A stretch of 48,984 nucleotides of DNA, taken from Octopus sinensis (lineage: Eukaryota). Of the stretch, positions 36,465-48,984 are shown piece after piece. The stretch is from assembly GCF_006345805.1 (NCBI RefSeq), contig NW_021834372.1, forward strand, positions 1-48,984. The letters are read 5' to 3'. The position numbers were made by a program, and so were the translations under genes. Under the pieces are notes generated by a model, which saw nothing but the letters and a program-made list of their open reading frames with translations, searched no databases and was not told the DNA's origin. Numbering within the stretch: position 1 is the stretch's first letter; the number at the start of each line of letters is the position of its first letter.

Positions 36465-38036
36465 TGTCACCCCCAACATCGCTTGACAACCGATGGTGGT
36501 GTGTTTACGTCCCTGTCACTTAGCGGTTCAGCAAAAGAGACCGATAGAATAAGTACTAGGCTTACAAAGAATAAGTCCTAGGGCCGATTTACTCGACTAA
36601 AGGCGTTGCTCCAGCATGGCCATAGTCAAATGACTGAAACGAGTAAAAGTGTGAGTATAAACCATTTGTTTTATTTAATCATTCAACTATGGCAGTGGTT
36701 AAATAATATTCTTAAGGCTGCAATTTACTCCCACGCTTCATCTTTTCAGAGCTTTGTTGCTAATTCAGTTCTTAACCAAATGGAAAACCATGCACATTTT
36801 TGAAGAGGACAGGACCCTAGCTATAATGTGGCAAAAAATTTAGATTTGGTCCAGAAGAAAAAAAGTCTACATCAAAATTCGGAGTGACATTATAGCCTTG
36901 GGCTGATCAAAGCCTTCTGAGTGGATTTGGTAGACGGAAACTGAAAGAAGCCTGTCATATATATACATATATATATATATATGTGTGTGTGTGTTTGTCC
37001 TCTCTCCATCACTTGACAACCGATGTTGGTGTGTTTGCATTCCCGTAACATATCAATTTGGCAAAAGAGATCAATAGAATAAGTACTGGGCTTACAAAGA
37101 ATAAGTCCTGGGGTCAATTTGTTCAACTAAAGGCGCTGCTCCAGCATGGCCGTAGTCAAATAACTGAAATGGGTAAAAGAGTAAATATATATAAGTATAT
37201 TTCTTTTATTCTTTTACTGGTTTCAGTCATTTGACTGCGGCCATGCTGGAGCACCACCTTTAGTCGAACAAATCGAGCCCAGGACTTATTTCCTTTTAAG
37301 CCTAGTACTTATTCTATCAGTCTTTTTTGCTGAACTGCTAAGTTACAGGGACGTAAACACACCAACATTGGTTGTCAAGCAATGGAGGGGAGACAAACAG
37401 ACACACACAAATACATACATACATACTTACAAACATACATACATACATATGTATATATATATATATGTATGTACGATGGGCTTCTTTCAGTTTCCGTCTA
37501 GCAAATCCACTCAGAAGCCTTTGGTCGGCCCAAAGTTATAGAAGACACTTGCCCAAGGTGTCATGCAGTGGGACTGAACCCGGAACCATGTGGTAGGTAA
37601 GCAAGCTACTTACCACACAACCACACCTATTTAACATTATATATATATAATGGAGGAGTGGCTGTGTGGTAAGTAGCTTGTTTACCAACCACATGGTTCC
37701 GGGTTCAGTCCCACTGCGTGGCACCTTGGGCGAGTGTCTTCTACTATAGCCTCGGGCCAACCAAAGCCTTGTGAGTGGATTTGGAAGACGGAAACTGAAA
37801 GAAGCCCGTCGTATATATGTGTATATATATATATGCGTGTGTGTTTGTGTGTCTATGTTTGTCCCCCTAGCATTGCTTGACAACCGATGCTGGTGTGTTT
37901 ATGTCCCTGTAACTTAGCGGTTCGGCAAAAAAGACCGATAAAATAAGTACTGGGCTTACAAAAGAATATGTCCCGGGGTCGAGTTGCTCGATTAAAAGCG
38001 GTGCTCCAGCATGGCCGCAGTCAAAGGACTGAAACA
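36465..38036. mobile_element. Cluster of four family A SINEs (+36465-36650, +36890-37190, -37203-37629, +37654-38036)
   Basis: Family A head, core and tail motifs in alternating orientation. Confidence 0.85.
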
Positions 38037-38136
38037 TTTTTAATGCATTTTTTGCTGTTTTTTGGCTATAACTCTCTAAAAATGCTTTATAGTTATTTCC
38101 CTTACAAACCCGAGCAACGCCGGGCGATACTGCTAG
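38034..38136 (+). mobile_element. Helitron 3' end fragment, same family as 887-2091
   Basis: ...cccgagcaacgccgggcgatactgCTAG|T. Confidence 0.8.
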
Positions 38137-38292
38137 TATATATATATAGAGAGAGAGAGACAGAAAGAGATATTCGTAACGTCTCTCTCTCTCTCTCTCT
38201 CTCTCTACAAATACATTGTGTGGATGAAAAAGTTACGAAATATGTAATTTTGAAAAAGTTTTAATGGAATCTAGAAACATTTTCATCAATAA

Positions 38293-38347
<55 letters not shown>

Positions 38348-39529
38348 CCCCACACGTGTGTGTGAGAGAGAAAATGGAAACAGTAATGACACTTGTAGCA
38401 TTTATCAAATAAATAACAGCACACACACACACACACACGATCATTAAGTATTTAATTAGATGACTCTTTTCATATGACAAACAGAATGAGTCACTATCGT
38501 CTGCTTTTTAATGGCTGACGCACACAAACCATAATCTCTCTCTCTCTCGTTCCCTCTCTCTCTCTGTTACACTGCCTCCTTTCACTCTCTCTCTGGATAC
38601 CGCTGTCTCTCTCTTCTCTCACATATCCTGCCTCCTTCTCTCTCTCTCTGTGCCTTACACTCTCCTTCTCCCCTCTCTCTCTGATACTCTGCCTAGCTTT
38701 CTCCCCTTCCCTGTTTCCCTCTCTCTCTTACCCGGGGTCGATCTGTTCGACTAAAGGCGGTGCTCCAGCATGGCCGCAGTCGAATGACTGAAACAAGTAA
38801 AAGAGTCAAAGAAATATATATTTTTAATCTCTTCTGCTCATTCACTCGGATCTCAAACCTGTTGCTCCTCATTTACTTCTCTCTCTCTCTCTCTCTCTCT
38901 GTCTAGCTTTCTCCCTCTTCTCTGTCCCCATCTCTCAGCCTACTTCTCTCTCTCTCTCTATCTTCTTCTGTCTCTCTGTCACCCAACCTCCGTTCTCTAT
39001 TTCCAGCTCTCTCTTCCTCTTTGTCATCCTCTCTATCTTTTTGTGTTGCCCTGCCTCCTTCTCTCTGCTTACTCCCTCTCTCTGTTACTCTACATCCCTT
39101 CTCTCTCTCTCTGAATACCGCTGTCTCTCTCTCTGCCTAACTCTCTCCCTCTCCCCTCTCTCTTTTTTATTTCTCTGGTTCTCTCTCTCTGTTTCCTTGC
39201 CTCCTTTTTCTCTCTCTGCCTACCTTTCTACCCCTCCCTATATTTTCCTCTCTTTCTCTCTGGACACCTCTCTCTTTGTCTGTCTCTTTCCCTTATCCTG
39301 CCTCCTTCTCTCTCTAAGTGGTGGTGGGGGACAAATGCACAAAGACACACAGATGTGTGTGTGCAATGGGCTTCGAGCGTAATTTAAAAAAAAGAATGCT
39401 TTCAATTAAACAGTTGTGGTCAAGGGGAAGTAACTTCATCTTTCAGGGGAGGTAATTTTGACAATCGAAAAATAAAATAATAATAATAATATTATTAATA
39501 ATGATAATTAATTCGTTTATTAGCCACAG

Positions 39530-40964
39530 GGCTGACAAAAATTAATTATAACATAAAGGGACAAAACACAGGACGAAAGTTACAAAGGGATTTTATCCGT
39601 TTGAAGATCCGTGTAACAAAAAACAGTAAAACCAACGAATATAATTGACAATGAAAAAACTTCCAAATATCGTCTGCTTTTTAATGGCTGACGCACACAA
39701 ACCATAATCTCTCTCTCTCTGTTACACTGCCTCCTTTCTCTCTCTGGATACCGCTGTCTCTCTCTCTCTCTTTCTCTCTCTCACACATATCCTGCCTCCT
39801 TCTCTCTCTCTCTCTCATATCCTGCCTCCTTCTCTCTCTCTCACTCTCTGTGTCTAACTCTCTCCCTCTCCCCTCTCTTTCTTTTCTCTCTCTCTGTGCC
39901 TAACTCTCACCCTCTCCCCTCTCTCTCTTTTCTCTCTCTCTGTGCCTAACTCTCTCCCTCTCCCCTCTCTCTCTTTTCTCTCTCTCTGTGCCTAACTCTC
40001 TCCCTCTCCCCTCTCTCTCTTTTCTCTCTCTCTGTGCCTAACTCTCTCCCTCTCCCCCCTCGATGGGCACTCTCTCTCTGATGGGCACTTCAAAAGGTTA
40101 CTCGTGGAGAAACCCATAAAAGCCACGGGAGCCTAAGTTAAGTTAATTTGACTCAAAAAGCAAAAAGCAAGGCCATAGGGGACATGGAGTTATGGGCAAT
40201 CTTTCGTATCTAGTAGACCTTTCCGTCGATTTCCGTAAAAAATTTTTTTTTACATATGGGCTTGCGGGAACTTTTGAAGTAATGAGAGCGAAAGAGACTA
40301 AGAGAAAGCGATTGTATGACGAGGGCAGTTCTTTTGAAGTTACCGTGCATGTGAAGCATTGATGTACATGTGTGTGTGTGTGTGTGTTTGATGGGGTGTG
40401 GGAGACAGAAAGTATGTTGTGTAAGTGAAGTGCTTCTGTTAGTGTGTGTGAAGAGACAGAGAGAGTAATGTGTGAAAGAGAGAGATAACTGAAATTTTTT
40501 ACTCGGTGTATGTGTATATGTATGTATATTACTTCAAAAGTTCCCGGAAGCCTATATGTAAAAAAAAAAAATTTTTTTACGGAAATCGACGGAAAGGTCT
40601 ACTAGAGACGAAAGATCGCCGGAGTTATGTACAGAAAGGGTGTTCATGCAAAGAGTTCAGGCCATTTCTGGTCAAGAGAGACTTTGAACCGAGCGGTCAT
40701 CAGCAAGCCTGGTCAAAAGGAGGGTTGAGAGCCCTTCTCCTTTTATATTTCCTTTCTTTTTTTTTACGGGTGTATCCTCAAAATTGGTCCGTTCATACCC
40801 TCCTTTTTGACCAGGCTCCCCCCAACCCTATTGGGACGTTTTCCATTGTTAAATACTTTCGTTGGTTTTACTGGTTTTTACACGGATTTTCAAACGGACA
40901 AAAACCCTTTGTAACTTACGTACTGTGTTTTGTCCCTTTATGTTATAATTAATTTTTGTCGGCC
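39530..40964. mobile_element. Long-TIR (~140 bp) non-autonomous DNA element with an internal CT-rich minisatellite
   Basis: 39530-39670 is the inverted match of ~40835-40964; no TSD seen; ~46-bp units at ~39845-40055. Confidence 0.6.
40195..40620. mobile_element. Mutator-like MITE nested in the long-TIR element
   Basis: ~90-bp TIRs starting GG; perfect 9-bp TSD GGAGTTATG (40186-40194, 40621-40629). Confidence 0.8.
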
Positions 40965-41204
40965 TACACATCACTCACATCACAAAGCTGTTCGACATAA
41001 ACCCAGAGGTCAGCAATACTCGGGCACTGGACGAATGCGTGGAGAACGATTTCGTAGTCCTGGCAGCACCTCGGGCAGGCCCGGCTGACGGCACTTCCGT
41101 GCCAGTAGAGTGGCTACACATCACCACCAGTATTTATATTGTTGTTGCTTTTGTCAGCCCTTGTGACTAATAAACGAATTAATTATTATTATTACTATTA
41201 TTGA

Positions 41205-41760
41205 GGGAGAGAGCAGTTCATGCGATCAAAGTGACACTGGGGTACAAATATACGAAGTCCAGTATATCTATCATGACTACCCGTCTGATAAGGGTACACC
41301 AGGCACATGCATCACAACCATATGTGCGGGACATGGTGATCTCATATCAAGATAAACGGTGCATGACCTTGCAGGTGGGGTTTAGTTAGAAATTTCTTCT
41401 GGTCGAGAAGCCCATCCTGCTCAAAAGGTCCCTGAATAAGGGCTGTTTAAGGATGTTGAACGAAACACCCATGTTTCCAGAGGTGAATTATTCAAATCCC
41501 AAAGAATCCCTCTCGACACATGGCTATGATGCTCCCCCACTACTTCTGCTCATGATCAGAGATGCACATATCGTCAGCCACTAAGGGACATGGTCAACTG
41601 GTTAAGGTCAAACAACTGACAAGCAAATCTGTGGTATTGAGCAGAATATTTGCTGTAGCCCATCTTTTATACGAAGACAAAACAATGTACACGATAACAC
41701 TTCCAATCAGTTAAGATCAGAAGCCATGAGAGCCACTGCCTGGTACTGCATCAGGGCATT
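41205..41760 (+). mobile_element. Unclassified interspersed repeat ending in (ATT)n; its terminus recurs inverted at ~29170-29260
   Basis: Shared ...gttaagatcagaagccatgag.gccactgcctggtact.catcag.gcattt. Confidence 0.55.
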
Positions 41761-41849
41761 TATTATTATTATTATTATTTCATTTCTCTTTTGTCAAAGT
41801 TGCCTCCCCTGAAAGATGAAGTTACTTCCCCTTGACCACAACTATTTAA

Positions 41850-42255
41850 CGACAGTTACCCACCTTTTCATGAATTTGCTATGAGACAGCACTTCCCTCT
41901 TTACTCTCATCTTCCTTTTTAAGAAGAACTTGAAAAAATTGATGAGGCCTTGGCTAAAGAGGATAGTGTCTGACTTTAGCCCTTTCAAACGGGTCCATCA
42001 TATCACCTCTTTTGCTACATCCACTAGACAAAGAAAAACTGTCTTGCCCTCCTTGTTAAAGGAAATCGGTGGGGCAATCTTCACAATGGATTCAGCTGAT
42101 AGCTGGATCCGTCCTCTACGCGACAGCAGCTGTTCGACATAAACGCAGAGATCAGCAATACTCGGGCACTGGACGAATGCGTGCAGAACGATTTCGTCGT
42201 CCTGGCAACACCTCGGGCAGGCCCGGCTGATGGCACTTCGGTGCCAGTAGAGTGA
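41850..42255 (-). mobile_element. L1/Tx1-type LINE ORF2 C-terminus (zf-RVT); second piece at 40985-41113
   Basis: CPRCCQD.EIVLHAFVQCPSIADL.VYVEQLL...AKEVI*WTR...RW. Confidence 0.75.
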
Positions 42256-42718
42256 AATTATCGTATACAGTGCTCAGGTGCACCAAAACTTGTCAAAAGT
42301 GCATATAAAGCATCTGCAGTAATGTACAAATGTCTGGGAAGCGAACAGTGTATGAGTCAGAGAGATAGATGGAGGGGAGAAATAAAATCAAATTTTCTCT
42401 TAAGTAACAGTAGAATTGTCCCCTATGTGTCCGCCACATTTAGCACGAAGTTTTGTCAGTGAACAGGTCGTGCTCTCAAAGCGACGAAAATATTTTGACA
42501 AATTAAACTTAAATTTTGAAGTGAATCTAACGGTTTTTGTGTGTTTCTTAAATGGCTTATAAACACCTTCCATGCTGCAATTGTTTTCGTTACCAGCACA
42601 CGATCTCAGATCAAGTCACTTGCTATGCAAGTACATCGCCACTTTCAATAGGTCTTGGTATTAGTATCGTATGCTCAACTATCAATAACATCTCCGTATA
42701 TACATATACATATATCTA

Positions 42719-42837
<119 letters not shown>

Positions 42838-42868
42838 CTGTATATATATAGATATATATATATATATA

Positions 42869-42973
<105 letters not shown>

Positions 42974-43453
42974 TATATATGATATATATATCTATATATA
43001 TATATATATATATATATAATAATATATATATAATGATGGACTCTCTCCTCGTCAGACGACGTTTGAGGGTTCGACAATTTCTTCCCGATCAACCACAAAG
43101 ATGATTCGTTTACAGTGATCGGAATGTTTATGTAGACATAAGCTCACTCCCTCCCTCCATCAAATCCACATTACCTGTACAGGTGCAAAGGGGTGTCACA
43201 TGTCAGATGCTGAAATGATCGCAGAGCAACGTGAAATGAAGTGCTTTGCTCAAGAACACTACACAACGCTCGGTCTGGGAATCGAACCCACAATCTGGTA
43301 ATCATGAGTGCAACACCTTAACCACTGAGCTATAAATCTGAAAGAAGAAGCACACTCTAAGATGTAGAGCAGTATATATTAAAATTGGGGACGGCCAGCT
43401 TATGGGATTCCTTTAGGTTTCCCTTCCCTAAAGGGTTTAGCTTTATGGCATAA

Positions 43454-43491
<38 letters not shown>

Positions 43492-43659
43492 TAAAAAAAT
43501 GGAGGAATAGATTCCTTTCAATCATCAACTACTTGATAATACCAATTCATATAATTTATTAACTAATTAATTAGGAACATCCAGATCAAACAGAATAAAA
43601 CAGTACACATCAATAAGTAAGATAATACCATAAGAACAATATATATAAATATAAAATGG

Positions 43660-43787
43660 ATCTTACAGCTGTTTCAGCCTGTAGATAAAGGTATCTCATT
43701 GTGCTTATATTAGTCAGTTGTATTGAGGTAATATGCAGTTAAAAATGAGTTACTTATATATATATATCTGAAGGCCTCGTCAGAGAT
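43660..43787 (-). ncRNA. Type I hammerhead motif with intact core
   Basis: Stem I ATCT/AGAT, CTGACGA, stem II GGCCT/AGGCT with a long loop, GAAAC-AGCT-GTA. Confidence 0.6.
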
Positions 43788-44232
43788 TATAAAGTACAAT
43801 TATAAAGATATAAAATGAAGATATAAAATGCAAATATGAATATTAGAGAAGGTACTCATATACAAGAATAAGTATATATACATATATACATATACATATA
43901 AGTGTATATACACCTATATATACATATATATAAGTATATACATAATAATATACATACACATAAGGTTATAGTTAACCAGATCTATATACTAGAATATACA
44001 TACATACATACATATATCCACATCAAAGTGTACATATACAAAGTCCAGAGTTCATTGTATTACATTACAAGAGGCTTATTAAGAAATTCTATTTATTTAT
44101 TAATGCAGCTGAGGACAACCCTGCATTTAAATTGATGTAATGATTGCATTGTTCAATTAAACGGACCCACTTGAAATGGTTGTACTGCATATCCTGTTCC
44201 TTGCTTTGATTATATATATATATATAACATAA

Positions 44233-44268
<36 letters not shown>

Positions 44269-44526
44269 CACATACACACATAAGATAGATAGATAGATAG
44301 ATAGATAGGATGGGTTTCTTTCAGTTTCCGTCTACTAAATCCACTGACAAGGCTTTGGTTGTCCTGGTGCCATAGTAGCAGACTCTTATCTGAGGTTCTA
44401 TTCAATGGGACTGAACCCGGAACCATGTGGTTGATAAACAATGTTGATTTGTTTACATCCTTGATTTAGCGGCTCGGCTAAAGAGGATGACAGAACAAAT
44501 ACCAAAACTTGAGTACGAGAAAGCAG

Positions 44527-45157
44527 GAATCTTTTCCTTTTGAACGGCACATGTCAACACAATTTCTAGTTAACTAAACACTTTAAAACTTCGTATACTG
44601 GTAGAATGGGTCAAAAATAAAACATTTTTTTCTCTTGGCTTTCTTGAGAAAATTGTAATTCGTTTGTTTAACGTTGTTGAATTTTTCGAATTTTAACCAA
44701 TCAATTGCCTCTAATTGAGCTAAAATCATTTGCTGCGTCTAAAACTGAGACTAACCCTAACCCTCCCCCTCACCTTAACCCTAAATTTTAGCCTTTTGTT
44801 TGTTTTTTTTTATTGTTAAATTAATTTAGACACATACGTAACAATTAAATTAATTTAACAATTAAGAAAAAAAAACGAAAGGCTAAAATTTAGGGTTAGG
44901 GTGAGGGTGAGGGTTAAGGTTAGTGACAGGATGTTGCCTCAGTTTTAGACGCAGCAAATGATTTTAGCTCACTAGAGGCGATTCATTGGTTAAAATTCGA
45001 AAAATTAAACTACATTAAACAAACGAATTACAATTTTCTCAAGAAAGCCAAGAGAAAAAATGTTTTATTTTGACACATTCTACCAGTATACGAAGTTTTA
45101 AAGTGTTTAGTTAACTAGAAATTGTGTTGACATGTGCCGTTCAAAAGGAAAAGATCT
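44527..45157. mobile_element. Palindromic non-autonomous DNA element with (TAACCC)-like internal tracts
   Basis: Arms ~300 bp; 8-bp TSD GAAAGCAG (44519-44526, 45158-45165). Confidence 0.8.
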
Positions 45158-45714
45158 GAAAGCAGAAGAAATCCCTTGGTACTTGAAAATCCCTTCAGAG
45201 TACGACTGCAATTCAAGGGTCCGTGTAATAAATGTGAGAGAGTTGCACGCATCTAAAGAAAGAAATGAAGAGTAGAGGTGAGAGGGAAGAGAGAAAGTGA
45301 GAGAAGAAAGTGTCGGAGTGAAGGGGAGGGCTAAAGTGAAGATAGAGAGAGAGGGAGGGGCGGGGGGCAGTTGTGTAAGGAAGTAAAACTTTCTTTGTAT
45401 TTAAGACCCAAACTTCTGATGTTCGTTAAACATGAATTGAAATTATAAGATGGGGTCAGGCGGGGGGGAGGTCAATGTAGTTGGTGGAAAGATTACCATT
45501 GTTATTTATATGAATATTACCATTGTTGTACAGGTACTTACTAGGTCAAAAAATTCAAAGTATATTCAAGTACAAACCATTAACAAAAGAAAGCAGATAC
45601 ATAATTAACTGTAGCCACGTATGTGTATGTGTGTTGTGTGTGTGTGTGTGTGTAATTATACATTTGTAATAATATATAAGTATATATATTTTATCAGCTG
45701 ACATCAGCGATAGG

Positions 45715-46525
45715 GGATCTTTTCGGTTTGAACGGCAGTTTTTTAACATAATTTCTAGTTAACTAAACACTTTTAAACTTCGTATACTGGTAGAATGTGT
45801 TTATAAAATATCATTTTTTCTTGGCTTTATTGAGAAAATTCTATAGTTTGTAAGATATTTCCACTTTAAAATCGAGCATTTCGGCAATTTTAACCAATCG
45901 CTGGAGTCTATTTGGGGTGAAAACATTCTGTGCCGTATGAATATGTCCCTCTTTTAAGAAACAGATTGGGTTTATTTACATTTGCAAAGTAAAAAAAGAG
46001 ATACCCTTCCCCTACCCCTAACTCTAACTAACCCTAACCCTAAAACAGATTGAAATGCAATAGATCGATACTAGGGTTATAATTATGGATGACATTTTCA
46101 TTTGACACCGCTAGAAAAAAATCCCATTTTCCGTAACAGTGTCGTATGAAATTGTCACCCATAATTATAACCCTAGTATCGATCTATTGAATTTCAATCT
46201 ATTTTAGGATTAGGGTTAGGGTTAGGGGTGGGGAAAGGGTATCTTTTTTTCTTCGTAAATGTAAATAAACCCAATCTGTTTCTTAAAGGAGGGACATATT
46301 CATTATGCACAGAATGTTGTTTACCTAAATGGACTCCAGCGATTGGTTAAAATTGCCGAAATGCTCGATTTTAAAGTGGAAATATCTTACAAACTATAGA
46401 ATTTTCTCAATAAAGCCAAGAAAAAAATGATGTTTTATAAACACATTCTACCAGTATACGAAGTTTAAAAGTGTTTAGTTACGTGGAAATTGTGTTGACA
46501 TCTGCCGTTCAAACTGAAAAGATCC
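45715..46525. mobile_element. Related palindromic element with the same outer TIR (GGATCTTTTC..TTTGAACGGCA)
   Basis: Arms ~390 bp; no matching TSD. Confidence 0.75.
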
Positions 46526-46676
46526 AAATTGTATAGTTTGTAAGATATTTGTTGACATCTATTGAGGTGAATACAATCTCTCCAGAGCGTTGTCAAAGTG
46601 AAAAGATCCCTGTTTTCTTGTGCCTCTCTTCCAATACTTTCTGGGGTGCTGACAACATCGCTACCTATCCTACATG

Positions 46677-46935
46677 TTATTTTCTCCTATTTCTCCATTT
46701 TGTCATGTCCACTTCCATTTTTGTGACTTCTGTCCCTCCCGCAGAACTTTCCTTCTTCGAGCTCTTGTCCATTCTATCAACTGCTCGTACGAGCTCCTCG
46801 TCCGAAGAGGACAATTCGGACCCACTAAGGTCCCAATAGAACATGTTTCTTACTGGTGACATTGCTGACCCTTCTCAAGGCGGAGAGACAGCACAACCAG
46901 AAAACTGCTGCGAAGCAGCACAAGACGGTCGACTA
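46677..46935 (-). other. Possible 5' UTR/ORF1 start of a non-LTR retrotransposon (MSPVRNMFYWDLSGSELSSSDEE...)
   Basis: GC-richer, coding-like acidic/Ser-rich short ORF; no diagnostic domain. Confidence 0.25.
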
Positions 46936-46995
46936 TTCTTCACACAACCAATAAAGACACCAACATCGGTTGTCAAGCGATGGTGGGGGGGATAA

Positions 46996-47038
<43 letters not shown>

Positions 47039-47125
47039 AAATTAAATAAGGGTAGAAATTGATATTAATCAATTAAAACCAGTGGCCTAGCATATTAAAA
47101 AAATCCGAAGATTAAAATATTTTTA

Positions 47126-47339
47126 CATACCAAATTTAGAGGACTGACGAACTAAAAGTGGATGGTCAACATGCTAGAAATAGTCGTCAAAATCACTATT
47201 TTCCACAAAGAATGTGTTCTCAAATGTGCTGAGTTTTTTTATTTGAGAACCCATTCTTTGTGGAAAATAGCGATTTTGACATCTATATCTAGCATACTCA
47301 CCATCCACTTTTAGTGGTCAGTCCTTTAAATTTTGTATG
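47126..47339. mobile_element. Hairpin MITE flanked by TA (Tc1/mariner-type target)
   Basis: ~100-bp imperfect arms around a 15-nt loop. Confidence 0.7.
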
Positions 47340-47357
47340 TATATATATATATATATA

Positions 47358-47551
47358 TTTACTCTTTTACTTGTTTCAGTCATTTGACTGCGGCCATGCT
47401 GGAGCACTGCCTTCATAGTCGAGCAAATCGACTCCAGGACTTATTTTTGTGAGCCTACTACTTATTCTATTAGTCTCTTTTGCCGAATTGCTAAGTTACG
47501 GGGACGTAAACACACCAGCATCAGTTGTCAAGCGATGTTGTTGGGAGACAA

Positions 47552-47598
<47 letters not shown>

Positions 47599-47758
47599 TA
47601 CATCGGGCTTCTTTCAGCTTCCATCTACTAAATCCGCTCACAAAGCTTTGGTCGGCCCGGGGCTATAGCAGAAGACACTTGCCCAAGGTGCCACGCAGTG
47701 GGACTGAAGTTGGAACCATGTGGTTGGTAAGCAAGCTACTTACCCCACAGCCACTCCT
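47358..47758 (-). mobile_element. Full-length SINE family A; further pieces at +47983-48150 and +48830-48984
   Basis: Family A motifs. Confidence 0.9.
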
Positions 47759-48351
47759 GGGGGATAGTTGTGGCTTCAAATTTGGAAATTGTGTTCATTG
47801 TATTTTTGTTAAGTAGACACCCATGCCAAATATGTGACTTGTTGCTTTGAGTTGCAGTCATGTATGTGTGTGTGTAGGTATGAATGAATGTATGTAATTG
47901 AAAAGGAGCACTCCGTCAGTTATGACGACGATGGTCCCAGCTGATATGATCAACGGAACAGCCTGCTCATGAAATTAACGTGCAGGAGTGGCTGTGTGGT
48001 AAGTAGCTTGCTTACCAACCACATGGTTCCGGGTTCAGTCCCATTGCGTGGCACCTTGGACAAGTGTCTTCTGCTATAGCCTCGGGCCGACCAAAGCCTT
48101 GTGAGTGGATTTGGTAGATGGAAACTGAACGAAGCCTGTCGTATCCATGTATATATATAGATATATATATATAACCAAAAAATAAGCAACAAGAATGGAT
48201 CGGTAGTTTAGTAAACTACCGATCCATTCTTGTTGCTTATTTTTTGGTTATAATCATCCACATAATTTTATGGGTAATACCATAAAAAAATTCTGGTGCA
48301 TCTAAGTTAAGTAACCATATTCATTTGAATCTAATTGTTTTGCTATCATCA

Positions 48352-48680
48352 ATCATCGTTTAACGTCTGTTCTCCATGCTAGCATGGGTTGGACGGTTCG
48401 ACCGGGGTTCTGGAAGCCAGAAGGCTGCACCAGGCTCCAGTCTGATCTGCAGTGTTTCTACAGCTGGATGCCCTTCCTAACGCCCAACCACTCCGTGAGT
48501 GTAGTGGGTGTTTTTTACGTGCCACCTGCACAGGTGCCAGGCGAGGCTGGCAACGGCCAAGGTGGATTGGTGGATTTTATTGTGCCACCGGCACGGAAGC
48601 CAGACAAGGCGGTGCTGCATCGGCTACGAGTCGGATAGTGCTTTTTACGTACCACCAACCAGGATCCTGGCTGGTTCAAT
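48352..48680 (-). mobile_element. SINE-like family C
   Basis: Core plus degenerate tandem units. Confidence 0.8.
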
Positions 48681-48984
48681 TCGATTTCGAATATATATTA
48701 TATATATATATTATATATATATATATCTATATATATATATATTATATATATATATTATTATGTATAATTATATGTTATATAGATATATATATATGTATAT
48801 ATATAGTATATATATGTATGTGTGTGTATGTGTTTGTGTGTCTGTGTTTGACACCTAGCATTGCTTGACAACCAATGCTGGTGTGTTTACGTCCTGTAAC
48901 TTACGGTTCGCAAAGAAGAGACCGATAGAATAAGTACTGGGCTTACAAAGAATAAGTCCTGGGGTAGATTTGCTCGACAAAGGC

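Noticed and set aside
45542-45610. Candidate exons with GTAAGT or GTAGGT donors here and near 32035-32115, 36730-36830 and 13900-13960
   Set aside because: Stops in the relevant frames, or no usable acceptor/donor pair
44750-46240. Interstitial telomere or chromosome fusion site
   Set aside because: The TAACCC runs are short, degenerate and symmetric within TIR elements

Overview
AT-rich, microsatellite-laden eukaryotic genomic DNA. The SINE and microsatellite content points to an octopus genome (inference, not database-checked). About 19 kb of the window holds six small minus-strand exons missed by the ORF track. They have canonical AG/GT sites and compatible phases and splice into a 903-nt stop-free frame (~300 aa) resembling the thigh/genu/calf-1 stalk of a divergent integrin alpha. 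Most of the rest is transposon-derived: Penelope-like elements (PLEs, including a young 5'-truncated copy with GIY-YIG domain and a 3' hammerhead ribozyme), RTE and Tx1/L1 LINE fragments, Tc1 and mariner relics, a piggyBac relic with TTAA MITEs, a head-to-tail Helitron dimer, a MULE MITE, palindromic GGATC-ended elements and at least four SINE-like families. The most notable signals are many type-I hammerhead motifs from several repeat families, mostly next to (TA)n (one in a tRNA-headed element, two in a near-perfect palindrome); a PLE whose GIY-YIG nuclease appears split by a ~150-codon Thr-rich insert; and a SINE-mediated patchwork duplication. Most long ORFs in the track are microsatellite artefacts. 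All folds, alignments and mismatch counts were done by eye.
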